Below, piece by piece: positions 25,952-38,668 of a stretch of 64,000 bases of DNA (positions are counted from its first letter, which is position 1; each line of letters starts with the position of its first letter). The translations under genes were made by a program, and so were the position numbers. This DNA comes from Eledone cirrhosa (Eukaryota): positions 239,630,001 to 239,694,000 of the forward strand of contig OZ024741.1 of assembly GCA_964016885.1 (NCBI GenBank), in the 5' to 3' direction. Under the pieces are notes generated by a model. It saw only the letters and a list, made by a program, of their open reading frames with translations. It was not told the origin of the DNA and searched no databases.

Positions 25952-28087
25952 CTCTGCTCTCGATGGTAATATAGTATCCTGGAGAAGTTACAGCTACAAA
26001 TATTCAATCTGAAACAGAAACAATTTCAATATATTAATGGAGTCTGATATATTATGGTTTGACTTACCTTTTTCATGAAATTCTCACTGACTAACCTTAA
26101 CATCTTGTACTTAAGAAATATCTGCTGTATCCTAAATATATTCAGTAAAAACAGAGTAACAATTACAGTAGTTTTGTCCTAGACTGAAGATCCCAGTATG
26201 TACACCTTTCTCAAGCAGTAATGGTTTTGCTGTCTGGGCCACATCCAACACATGAGTTGGTATCTGGAAGAAAGTTCATAGGCCAGCCCAAGCTATGCTA
26301 TCATGATGTTTCCACAGCAAACATATAGACACTCAATATTAATACAAAATTCTGGCAGAGCTTTTCGGATGACCAAAACTCTGAACAGCTAACTAAAAAT
26401 AGGAGAAACAAATCTATTGGATGAAACAGAAGAAAATGGCACAGCAGTAACAACAGATAAAATAACACACGTAGATATGACCTATACATCAAAACTGCAA
26501 CTACTGCAAATAACACTGCTTTTAAATAGCAAAGAAATAATTATTTTAAAAATCTATATTTAAATCTATATAAAGAATATTTTAAGTAAGATGATATCTA
26601 AGTAATACTGGATTCAACTAACATATATTACCTCTATTTTATATATTAAAATATGGGTTCTATTTAATTGGTATCAAATTTTAATGAGAAATATTAAGTT
26701 GGGAAAACTATTAAAATATAGACATTACATAGGAGGACGTTTGGAGTTATCTCTCTTGAACAAAATTTTCTTATTGTGTAAAACTGGACGGAATTATAGA
26801 TTAGAATTTCTGAAGTATTATAATCTATATTGAACAGTATTGACAAGATATCTATTTACTAACTGCTATTGATATATTCAAAAATATATTCTAAACTGAA
26901 TAACATTTTATACAATTAGCATTACCACTTCAATAATTTTTCTCTCAGAAATAACATACTTTGTCAAAACCTGTAGTACAAATAAAGTTACAATTTTAAA
27001 ATCTTCGAAATCACTTTAAATACTTTTAATTATTTAGACTACATTCACATGATTCTTCTATTTGTGATATCAGCAACTTAAGCCTTTTTCATTTTTCATT
27101 TAACTAATTATAATATGAAACAAGCGATCACAATGTTTTTATTACAGGACTTCATTGCAATAAATTCTGGAAGTATTAATCTGAATACCTTAAATTTAAC
27201 ACTTCAGCAGAATATATATCTTCTGTTTAAATATCAAACTAATTTTTTATAAAGCCATCAAATTAACAGATTTCCATTTAACTGGGTTTTTTTTACAGTT
27301 GAGAAATAAATAAAATTAAGTTAAAAGCCACAATTAGTACATGAACATTGTTCATACAGATCATGGCTATAGATTCCTTATATCTCATCTTCCTAAAGGT
27401 TACAAAATTTATAATAAGGGATTATAGAAATACCATGACTATATTTGGACTGTTATCTAAATTGTATTAATAATTGTATATTTAAAACACTAAATTTGTA
27501 AATATAATTTTAAATTTTAAATTCATAGAAATTAAAGTAAAATATATTTTCTATAGGCGTCAATAAACATATACACACATTGTGTATATATATATATATA
27601 TAACTCTGTGTGTATGTGTGGGTGTATGCCCATACAGAATTGTGTACATAATATTATAACAAATTATTAGATTGCCTGATATTACTTACATAAAACATAT
27701 ATTACTGTATATATTTCAATGATATTTACGTTCAATATTTAGTATGTACTAAGACCATACAATGTCTGACTGAATAATTCAGTAAAAATATATAATGATG
27801 AGTTATTTTAAAATATAATAAACAAGATAAATATTGTAAATGCATTAAAGATGACCAACTAATTTCAGAAGTATGTTATATAAAACTACAATTGAAAATA
27901 TATTCTTCTCTCACTGTTTCTTACAAAATATTTGATAGCCATGTTGGTAAAGAAGACATTCAATGAGAACTAACATAGATCTAATATGGCCACCATTACA
28001 ATGTTATATTTTGATGATTTAATATAGCAATACATGAAATTATTATTTTACATGACTGGATAAATAATAGAGAATAATAAAACTTAC

Positions 28088-28420
28088 ATTCATTGTGTAA
28101 AATCATTTGTTATAAACTGTGAGATGGTCCCAATGTTCTGTTAATGGTTGTCTGTGTCACTGCTGCTATGGTGTGACAATGGCTTCATGTTGATGGAATA
28201 GTGTTGGTAGTGAGTCAGTGGGAACTAGCAGTTCCTCTCAGTCTTCTGTGTATGTGTGATGTTTACCGAGTGTGAGTGTGTGAGAGAGAGGTGGGGGAGG
28301 GTGATGCTTACTCCAGCCTCACTCAGACTAGATGTGTTTCCCCTCACAGAGAAGAGGGAGAGAGAGAAAAGACACTATATCAGCTCCACTAACAGTCAGC
28401 CATAATATGTCTATATAATA
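28088..28420 (-). promoter_or_regulatory. Gene 4 non-coding first exon and proximal promoter block
   Basis: AAT|GTAAGT donor at 28088/28087; conserved block. Confidence 0.7.
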
Positions 28421-29157
28421 AAAACATGTCTGATAAAGAAATATTGACATTGAAATACTTAGAAAAGAGATGGTATATAAACAAAATATGGTTGATGTTT
28501 TTCATGTCTAAGCAATTTAATGTTTAAATACAATATTGACAATAATAGTTAGTGTGTGTCTGACCGAATTACAAACTATGTTATATTACAATTCTAAAAT
28601 ATATTTTCTCAAATGATTAAATTTTCTATATCATGTATTTATCATTTATTTGTTCTAGCTCTTTACAGTTGAGTTCAATTTTGGCCTTTCATATTTATTA
28701 CGTCAATAAAGTAAAGTACCAATCAAGTACTGAGGTCAATATATTCGATTGTCCCTTCAGTTAAATTACTTGCCTTGTGCCATATTGGAAATCATTATCC
28801 ATTTGCAGAAAACAGATGTTAAATGATGATGATGATAATTAAATTCATATTTTCAAATTTAAAGTTTATTTCTTGAACATTTATTATTATAGTACACAGT
28901 TCCTGTATATAATTAATTTCCCTTAATATTATCAAGAAAAGTTTAAAGATGATATGTAATCTATGTAAAATATGTTCACATTTACAATAATGAATAAACA
29001 ATTTTATAATTCAATTTCCCTGTAAATAGTCTTCAGCATTACTATCCAAATTTCACTTATTATTATTATCTTAATCTAACTAACATATTTCTTTACTTTT
29101 AAATATTGTGTTAATGTTGAAGGTGATATTTCTGTTGTGTTAACTTCTCAGTCTGAC

Positions 29158-29276
29158 TTAACTGGCAACAACATCTGGTGTTGAAGGTAACTGTCTCTCT
29201 GGAGGTTTCACATATCTGTCTTGGTAATGGTCTCTCTCATTGTTGCTTGATACATCAGGTGGGACACCATAGATTC
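29158..29276 (-). CDS. Pcdh: Gene 5 terminal cytoplasmic exon
   Basis: Paralog of 6077-6195, intact. Confidence 0.88.
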
Positions 29277-29620
29277 CTGAAACAAGTACATCAACACAAC
29301 TTACCATTTAGTTCACATAGATAGACAATGGTTATTTTATTGATAATAATCATCAATTGTTTATCCACTACATCCACTGAACTAAGAGAGAAAATAATAA
29401 TCATAATAGAATTCATACAAGATCATATATTTACATCTTTACAATCTTAATAAACCACTAATTAGTTAAATAAAATAATATCTTTAGTAATTGAAAATCA
29501 ATATTAAATTACTTGAACTTTTTGTCTTGAATTTACAACAAACATAGTGCTTTGTTTAGGACTTACTCTGATATGTAACACTGAGAAAGACCATAAACAT
29601 TTATGAAGATATTGTTTTAC

Positions 29621-29771
29621 CTGACATTGCTGGTATTTCTTCATACTGTCTACTTGACCTTTCACTCCAGCATTGTCCACTGCTCTTATGACTAGTCAAT
29701 GTATCAGTGGGATAGTTAGAAGATGGTCTGTTGTCTCCATAAGATGTCACCTCTATTGGTTGACTGTATTT
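29621..29771 (-). CDS. Pcdh: Gene 5 first cytoplasmic exon (151 nt)
   Basis: Paralog of 6546-6696 with intact splice sites. Confidence 0.9.
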
Positions 29772-29795
29772 CTGATGGAAAATATAGTTACAAGA

Positions 29796-29937
29796 TAGAG
29801 TATAAAGATATCATTTATGACAATGTACCTAAAATATACTAAATGTCCTAGATATTGATAGGTACATGTATCTATCAATATCTAGGACATTTAGTATATT
29901 TTAGTTACACTGTCGTAAATGATATTTTTATACTCTA
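29796..29937. repeat. 142-bp near-perfect palindrome in gene 5 intron
   Basis: Centre at 29866/29867; paralog of 6724-6859. Confidence 0.92.
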
Positions 29938-30064
29938 CTGTTAAAATATTGGACCATTATCTACTAAAACATCAATTGTATAAAACTTTCTGTATGACCA
30001 CTTTCAATCATACCACAGAAAATGTATCCAGTACAAGTTCCAAATCATTATTTGATATCATACT

Positions 30065-30251
30065 AGGGCGGTAGATTGGCAGTATTGGTAGAGGATCGGA
30101 CGCCATGCTTTGACGTATAGAGTTACGGCCCTTGCCATTCTGAGTTCAAATCTCGCCAAGTTAACTTTTCCTTGCATCCTTACGGGGTCAATAAAATAAA
30201 GTACCAGTAATGCACTGGGTAATTGCTGGCCTTGTGCCTAACGTAGAAACA
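30065..30251 (+). mobile_element. tRNA-derived SINE (family A) with 18-bp target-site duplication
   Basis: ATTATTTGATATCATACT at 30047-30064 and 30252-30269; empty site in gene 2 at ~6972. Confidence 0.9.
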
Positions 30252-30394
30252 ATTATTTGATATCATACTCCAAGATATTTGTTTTTTAGGTCTACCATTA
30301 TTGATGTTACATTTATATTGCATGAGTTTGGGGTACACACTTGTAGCTATTCCAGGCCAATAATTTGGAAGGTTTCTTTACAGAAAAACAATTT

Positions 30395-31479
30395 ATTTTT
30401 CAACATTGTCCACCTTGCATTCCACACATTTCTTTCATCAGTTTTGCAGTTCTTGGATCCCATTGGTGAAGAAGCTTTCATATTGTTGGTAAATCAAATT
30501 CATCAACAGCAGATAACACATTATCACTGCAAAACTGGTTCTCAGCCAAGTGTTTTTCGTGTCAGGGAACAGATGATAATCAGATGGGCAAAATCAGTTG
30601 AATAGGGAGGGTGATCAATTTGTTCAAATCCAGTCATGCACAGTAGCCATTGAAACCAAGGACTTGTGTTGGAGCATTGTCCTAATGAAGCAAGACCCCT
30701 TTCATCAGAATTCCTGAGATTATGGTCTTGATTGACTTTCATAACTACCTTAACGAGATGGTATAGTACTCTTCATTGATGGTGTGGCTCTTTTGAAGAT
30801 ACCCAACAAACACAATGTCTTTTGCATCCCAAATGTCTGAGGGCATCACCTTCCTTGCAGATGAAATGACCTTGGCCTTCTTTGGACAACTGTTTCCACT
30901 ACATGGATTGTCTCTTTGTCTGGCTCAAAGTGATGAACCCAACACTAATCCTGGGTTAGGAAACATTCAAGGGAACCAGCTGGATCTGCCTCAAATAATG
31001 TCAGATTTCCCTGTGATGTGATCAACTTGGTGTGCTTTTGATCAGGTGTCGGAAAACATGGCACTCATCAAGCAGAAACCTTCGTCATACCAAGTTCTTT
31101 GTGCAGACTACTCTCAACTCTCACACGGGACACACTAATAGCATTGGGTATTAATAGTCAACTGCTCTCATCCATCACCATGCAGTGAACACGATCAATG
31201 TTTTCCTCAGTTGCAGGACTTCCAGAACTTGTGTCATCTTCAAAGCTCTCCCCTCCCGCCTAAATTCAGTTGCCCACTTTTACAATGTTGATAAAGCTGG
31301 AGCATTATCCCTAATGTTGCAACCATGTTAGCATGAATGTCCTTGGAGACTAAACCCTTTTTTTTCAGGTACTCGATAACACCGCGATGCCATATTTTGC
31401 ACATTTTCAAGAGAAGTTGCTACTCATTACTTTTGAAGTCTTCTTTGAACAGGCAGTTTACATGGAAAGAAACAATGCA
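30395..31479 (-). mobile_element. Decayed mariner in gene 5 intron, both ends deleted
   Basis: Paralogous copy of 7238-8477; DHPPYSTDFA motif. Confidence 0.85.
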
Positions 31480-31710
31480 AAGTTTTAACATGTAAACAGG
31501 TGTAAATTTAGGATTATCTTAGATTTCAAAAAACAGACAATAGAATTTTATCTCCAGATCATACCTTGTGTTTGGAGACATATAAATATTAAATTGCATT
31601 ATGTTTAATTAGTAATTTAAACAGTAATTGTGTGATCAAACACATTCAGTTTTATCATGCTTAATTAAACATTATTTACTAACAGGTATAAAATATAAAA
31701 TAGACTTTAC

Positions 31711-34053
31711 CTTCGTGGATTTTTGAAGAGATCTGTTCATTGTTGATGTCTTCCAGTCTTCAGGATAGTAATGACTTCTAGACTGACTATATCTGTCTGA
31801 TATCTCTCCTCGATTACCTGACATCACAGATACACTGTTGTTACCTTGATAGATCAACTGTCTCATCTCATTACGACATTGGTATGCCTGTTTCTCTTCT
31901 ATTGTTCTAGCTGAGTTATTTCTTACATTGTTACATCTCACAATACACAATGTTATAGAAACCACAATAGCTATAGATACTATCACAGCTGCTACTACAA
32001 TGATAATCAACAATGTTGCATCTATTGTGTTATCAGTTGGTACATGGACAGCTGTGAACATTGGTGATGTCTTGTTACTAACAGTCAGTGTTAAAGAGAC
32101 ACTAGTTGTTGCTGACAGAACTGGAGTACCACTGTCTTTCACAACAAACTCCAGTTGATATGATCCGGCATCATTTTGGTAAACTGTGCGAGAGTAAGAT
32201 AAGACACCAGTGAATGAATCCAGTTTAAATAACTGTCTCTCATTACCTGAAAGGATTTCATACCTGAGAAAAGCATTCATGTGACTGTCTATATCAGAGG
32301 CTTTCAGAAGTGTGATGTCATTCTTACTTTGTGGATGATAGTGGACATCAAGAGTGAAAGGGTCAACACTAGGAAATGTAAAATATGGAGCATTATCATT
32401 TTTATCTAATACTTCCACTTCAACATTCACTGTGTTATTTAGAGATGGTGTTCCATTGTCTTTGATAAAAACCTCAAAATCATAGAAATCTCTGTGTTCC
32501 CTGTCTAAAGACTGGTTTGTTGAAATAAAACCAGAGTTGATAATCTGGAATGGTAGACGATATTGGTGTTTATTTCTCAGATAATAACTTAATTCACCTC
32601 CCTTACCAACATCTGGGTCTGTAGCATTGATAAAACCAATAGGGAAATTAGCTTTGTCATTCTCATAGGTAAGGAACTTGAATGTATCTTTGGTAAAGTG
32701 TGGTTTTACATCATTCACATCTAACACTTGTATTGAGAGATCTTTATCAGTTTTCAGAGAAGGTAATCCTTTATCTTGACAGGAGACAGTAAAGTGATAA
32801 TGTTCCTGTGTCTCTCTGTCTACTGCTTTCTTTAGAACTATTTTATATTCTTTAGATCCCATTGACTGTAGTTTGAATGTATCATGTTTGATATGACAGC
32901 TGACCTCTCCATTATGTCCAACATCATTGTCAGTGACCATCACATAAGCAATGAAACTACCAACTTTGATATCTTCCAGAATGGTAGCTGTGTTGTGATT
33001 TGGTGTAGAAATAAAGTTAACATCAATATTTGGACGATTGTTGTGTTGGTTGATAACATTTACCATAACAGTTGCAATGGAACTGAGAGGAGGGCTCCCT
33101 CCATCTCTGGCTTCAATATATAATTTATAAAACTTTTTATTTAATTTTGAATGTTTATTTAGAAAAAGTTCCCCAGTCTCCTTATTCAATATAAAATATG
33201 CTTTCATTTTTTCATCTGTGGTTAGACTGAAATAGTATGAAATTTTACCATTTTTTTTAATATCAGAATCTTTTGAAGACAGTGTTACAATCGGAATCTG
33301 TCTTTGGTGAGCATCTGTAACAGAAATATTGTAAATATTTCTAGAAAATTTTGGTTGATTATCATTCTCATCTCTGACAGAAATATGGACCTTCAAGGCA
33401 GTTTGTTTTGGTGGGGAACCTTCATCTTTTGCTATAATATCTATTCTATAGCTATCTTTTGATTCCCGATCTAATTTGTCTTCTAAAACAATTTTCAACG
33501 AAGATACACCATCAGCTCTTTTTGAAATAGATAAACTGAATGGCTCAGTAGTCTTTTTTAATTCATATCTAATCAATTTATTCTTAAACCCAACATCCCT
33601 GTCAACAGCATTTGGTATAGATATTGGTGAACCTTTCCCATCTCTCTCTGAAAACTGGATATTAACTTCTTGGACAGGAAACTCAGGTTGATGATCATTG
33701 ATGTCCTCTATTATAACTTTCACTTTCAGAATCTTCATGAAAGTACTTTTCTTATGTACAGCAACCTTTATGATTGTAAAACATTCTTTTTCAAAAGTAC
33801 ACAGACTTTCAGCATCTAGTCTCTGAGCAGTGAAAATTTTGCCTAGTTTGGTGATATTAAATAATTGTTTATCATCGTGCAATTGACTAAATGTTAGCTG
33901 AATGTTTTCTGTGGTTGCATTGTCAAATAAAATAGAATCACTAATATCCCCGACATATGTATATGCTTTATTTTCTTCTTTCACATGATATGTAATATCA
34001 ACACACATACATCTGTATAGCAAGCATAAAAGGATATATATAGCTGCAAGCAT
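31711..34053 (-). CDS. Pcdh: Protocadherin gene 5, large coding exon with divergent signal/EC1-EC3; spliced product ~870 aa
   Basis: Six cadherin repeats plus TM; donor at 31711/31710; probable acceptor TTGTAG at 34107/34106. Confidence 0.95.
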
Positions 34054-34455
34054 TGTTGTTCTTGTGGTTATTAAATAAATTTGAGTGAACCCTTATATGA
34101 TTTGATCTACAATAAAATAAAAAATAAGATCATAAACATACAGACATTAAATCATTAAAAAAAAACAATTAAATTAAACTATGAATTCAAAAATAATTGA
34201 TATGTTCTTTGCAAAGTTTGAGTCATATCTATCTTGCTATATTAGTAAACACAATAATTTAAACTGAGGTGGTTCACTGACATTATAAGTTAACTAAATA
34301 TACACACAAGGAAATTAGCTAATATAATTACATTACATTTTGTTATACTTTTTAATAAATAAGGATGCTTGAGAATCAATAACATTGTTTTTCTCAAGGT
34401 TTGGTCAATTATGATTTAACAATAATTGAAAAACTACTATCACACAAATAATGTA

Positions 34456-34715
34456 TTAACCCTTTCGTTACCATATTTCTTATAAAATATACTACCTATA
34501 TGTTTCAATTAATTTTGAAAACCATCAAAAAGTTAGAGGAATTTAATAAAGGAATTAACCTTTTCATTACTAAGCTGATGTTTGGAATATTACTTAACAA
34601 AAATTTATTTTAAAAAAAATTGACGGAAGGTTTTCATATAACTATATTTTTAAATGGGGGGTTTTTTATGATAAAACTAGGGTAGTTTCATGTGGTTTGG
34701 TATCAAAAGAGTTAA
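34456..34715. mobile_element. TTAA-flanked MITE (piggyBac-like ends)
   Basis: TTAA-CCCTTTCGTTACC ... GGTATCAAAAGAG-TTAA; a related copy in opposite orientation at 38277-38652. Confidence 0.65.
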
Positions 34716-35990
34716 GTCAATTTCAGAATACATAAGATTTAAGGCTAAACATGTCATTTGGTTGTTGTATACTATTGCAATGACCTTTCAAATATTATAT
34801 ATGTTGTGAACTTAAAATATGTTAATAGAATGAAACCCTTCAAAATTAATGATTTTCACCTTTTGCACTATTGAGTGTAATCGACTGAAACGATCTCAAT
34901 ACACGCTTGGTTCCACTATAATCAGTCATGGATGGATGATAAACAAAGTCAACTCCTGTGCCATTTGAACTCAAAACTACATTGTTCTAAGTTAATATTA
35001 GAGCTACACACTACTGCGAATTAGATATTATTGGAGTTATTTCCCTTACATAATTTGCGTCAACAAGCAATAATGTAACTGTGAATTATTTAAGTTAAAT
35101 TTCTTCGAAAACACAACTATGATACTCAATACGTTTCCAAATAAATCTATTTAGATATGAAAATTCTACAAAATCTTAGTGAATCTTACACAGAAAACAA
35201 TTTATATATCTTCTATTATGTAAATGAGAGGAGGAGGAGGAACTAAGAGAATATTTTAAAAGTTATAACAATAGATTTTTATCATCATTTTTACATCCAC
35301 TTTTCCATGCTGGCATGGGTTGGACAGGATAATATTTTTGTAACTCTCTAACAAGAATCCCTCCTTTGATATGGCTATATTGATTAAATAATATTTTATT
35401 TCATCATTTGGTTGACTGGTAAGATCAGAATGATTTTGATATAACAGCTGTGATTATAGAACTAGTTTAGAATTATTAATTTACCTCACTAATATCTATA
35501 TTAATAATTACATTGCAAGCAGGGAAAAGCGGATGTAAAATGATGATGATGAGCTGTCTCCCAAAATTTCATACTGAGAAATTGTAAATATAAATGTGTT
35601 TTTACACAAGTTACAATCATTCAATGCATTTGCTTTACATCTTCCTAAACATCATTTTATGAATATTTTTTATGTTATTTATAGTTTCCATCAAAATGGT
35701 GATATTTCTAAAATATAACTTATTTTCAAAAAACATGAAATTATCGTTTAATATTATTCACATGGACACACATACATCTTCATTAAAGAAAATTAAGAGC
35801 TACTATCTTAGTTAAGTAATCTAAATTTTGAATGAAAGGCGACAGCAATATAATTACTATCTTAATTATTCAAATACAACATGGCTTCCTTATAGATTTC
35901 TTATTCGAGCTAGGCTTTCCCTGCTTCTAAAATGGTTACTAAAATTTCATGGCATAACTATGTAGTGTAAGGAAATAAAACCAAGCTTAC

Positions 35991-36450
35991 ATTGACTGTG
36001 TGTAAAATCCTTTGTTATAAACTGTGAGTTGGTCCCAATGTTCTGTTAATGGTTGTCTGTGTCACTGCTGCTATGGTGTGACAATGGCTTCATGTTGATG
36101 GAATAGTGTTGGTAGTGAGTCAGTGGGAACCAGCAGTTCCTCTCAGTCTTCTGTGTATGTGTGATGTTTACTGAGTGTGAGAGTGTATATATGTGTGTGA
36201 GTGTACAAGAGAGAGAAGGATGGGTGATGCTTACTCCAGCCTCACTCAGACTAGATGTTTTGTTTCCCCTCATAGAGAAGAGGGAGAGACAAACAAAAAG
36301 GATGCTTACTCTAGCCTCACTCAGACTAGCTGTTTCCACTCACAAAGGAGAGAGAGAGAAGGGGGCATGTGTGATGCTTACTCCAGGCTCACTCTGACTA
36401 GATGTTTCCTCTCCACAGAAGAGAGAGTTCACACAATATCAGCTTCACTA
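35991..36450 (-). promoter_or_regulatory. Gene 5 non-coding first exon and promoter with a triplicated ~75-bp unit
   Basis: Donor AAT|GTAAGC at 35991/35990; motif GATGCTTACTCCAGCCTCACTCAGACTAG starts at 36226, 36301 and 36373. Confidence 0.72.
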
Positions 36451-36794
36451 CAAGCCAACCACAGTACATCTACTTAATATGAATATCTGATTTAGAGTGT
36501 GTAGCCATCATCATCTAGTAGTTCCAATTCCACATTCTGTAGACATAGTTTAGTAGAAATATTCAGTATTTAGAAGAGAATATATTAGGGAAATACAATT
36601 GATGATAGCAATAAATTGCTAATTAGAAATGTAATTTTATCATTTGTAATGATATTCAATATATATTTGATCTTATTTTGTTTTTAAAATATAGAAATAT
36701 CATGAAAATTTTTAATTGCAAACATATAAACATATTTGTAGACACATGCACTAAAGAGGTCATGTAGGTGTCACAACAAAAAAACACACAATCC

Positions 36795-37014
36795 ACGCTG
36801 TAATGTGGCAGTGTAGGAAACACTGTAAAAAGGCTCCCAGTGCACACTGTAAATGTTGTTGGTGTTAGGAAGGGCATCCAGCTGTAGAAAACCTGCCAGA
36901 TACAGTTCTATACAAGCGAGACACGGTCACCTGATCAATCTTGTTCAAGTGGGACTATTCCCGTCTAACCCATGCTAGCGTGGAAGATAGACGTATGAGG
37001 ACGATGATGATGAT
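36795..37014 (+). mobile_element. SINE-like repeat family B with (GAT)n tail
   Basis: GGTGTTAGGAAGGGCATCCAGCTGTAGAAAAC...AACCCATGCTAGCGTGGAA...GATGATGAT; second copy at 41374-41593; tail fragments at ~23510, ~35285, ~35520 and ~37700. Confidence 0.75.
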
Positions 37015-37188
37015 GCACACACACACAATTCTATTTAAAACATTATACTGCTATTTAACCTATTTACTTTTTTTTTAGTGGGAAATGATACATTCATAGA
37101 ACTAGTTTAGAATTATTCATTTACCTCACTAATATCTATATTAATAATTATTTAATCTTATATTAATAATTACATAAATTTTGATATA

Positions 37189-37375
37189 ATAATTGTTTCT
37201 ACTTTTTGACACAAGGCCAGCAATTATCCCAGTGTATTACTGGTACTTTATTTTATCCACCCCGTAAGGATGAAAGGCAAAGTTAACCTCGGTGGGATTT
37301 GAACTCAGTCCGTAAAGGGACGTAACTGTGCTACAAAGCATGGCGTCCGACCCTCTACCGATACTGCCAATCCAC
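37189..37375 (-). mobile_element. SINE family A
   Basis: Reverse complement of 21807-21986. Confidence 0.85.
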
Positions 37376-37811
37376 TAATAATACTATAAATATTTGCAGA
37401 TTTTTAACTATTTTAATGACAAAGTCTATAGTGTTGGTGATCGTACATAATAAATGCACCCAATACACTGTAAAGTGGGTGGTGATAGGAAGTGCATCCA
37501 ACTGTGGAAAATTTACCAAACAAAAGAGTCAGGAGGATTTTTCAGCTATGCCAAAGACATGACAACTTCCCCAATATTGGTGCTATGATAAAAAGCACCC
37601 AAAATCATGTCAGTCTCTCAGCCCACCTGGAAATCACTGGCTCCACTTGAGTACTGACCAGTCTGTGACAACATGTCAAAACTTTGCTAACAGAGAAAAC
37701 AGACATTAAACAATGATGATGATGATATTATATGAAATCTATAATCCATGATAAAACTTATCTTAAAACATGTCTAATAATTCATGTGTGAAAGAAAGAT
37801 TTTAATTAAAA

Positions 37812-37912
37812 TCAAATTAATGATGGTACTAAAGGTCTTTCAGAGAATTTTACATCTTGATATTGCTGTTTTTCACTGTTAGTTGATATTTCTGACTAGG
37901 TACTATAAAGAC
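37812..37912 (-). pseudogene. Diverged terminal cytoplasmic exon of the sixth (broken) Pcdh, with an in-frame TAG
   Basis: TTTCAG acceptor; phase-1 translation GLYST*SEISTNSEKQQYQDVKFSERPLVPSLI* aligns with GIYGVPPDVSSNNERDHYQDRYVKPPERQL. Confidence 0.7.
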
Positions 37913-38276
37913 CTGAAATATAATTTTTTGTTTTGCTTTAGATACAATGTCTGAGGGCAGCAGATTGGCAGAGTCATTAGAATGTCAGTAAAATGCTTTG
38001 TAATATTCATTCCAGCTTTCTGCTCTCAGAGAACAAATCTGCACTTCCTCCTTTCAAGGTCAATAAAAATAGTACCAGTCTAATAATGGAATTGATTCTT
38101 CTCCTTCTCACTTTCTATCACTATCTCTCCTTATATGGAAGAAATCGACTGTGTTCAAACCTGGAGAGGAGATGGGCTCCGCCTGGTTTTAAAACCTGCC
38201 CAAGAATCGCATCTCTTTATCTTAGCCCAGCAACAGGTTATTTCTAGCCTATTGTATACACAACCAAACTATAAAT

Positions 38277-38652
38277 TACCCTTTCTGATACCAAACTGCT
38301 TAAAACTGACCCTGATTCAACTGCTTATTGTATAGGTGTTTATATTTATCTATCATAGTTTTATGTAAGAACCTTTAGTAATTTTTGTTCAAATCAACTT
38401 GATATTGAGAAAGTTAGTCATATGATTACATACCTATAAATTCATAATTATTTTCAATATTATTTGAAAATAATTGTTTCTACTTTTTGGCACAAGGCCA
38501 GCAATTATCCCAGTGCATTACTGGATGAAGGGCAAAGTTAACCTCGGCGGGATTTGAACTCAGAATGGCAAGGACCGTAACTCTATGCGTCAAAGCATGG
38601 TGTCCGATCCTCTACCGATACTGCCAATCCATAATGGTAACAAAAGAGTTAA
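38277..38652. mobile_element. TTAA-type MITE containing a nested SINE A (38470-38630, minus strand)
   Basis: Ends match the reverse complement of 34456-34715; SINE inside. Confidence 0.65.
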
Positions 38653-38668
38653 ATACTCCATAAGTTAC

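Noticed and set aside
36226-36430. Spaced ~30-bp repeats as a CRISPR-like array or CTCF sites
   Set aside because: Eukaryotic intron-containing locus, spacers are related to each other (tandem triplication), no cas genes, and no clear CTCF consensus.
38300-38349. Possible terminal exon DKYKHLYNKQLNQGQF* for the sixth gene
   Set aside because: Lies inside a TTAA MITE, has a weak acceptor, and a true homolog of the terminal exon exists at 37812-37912.
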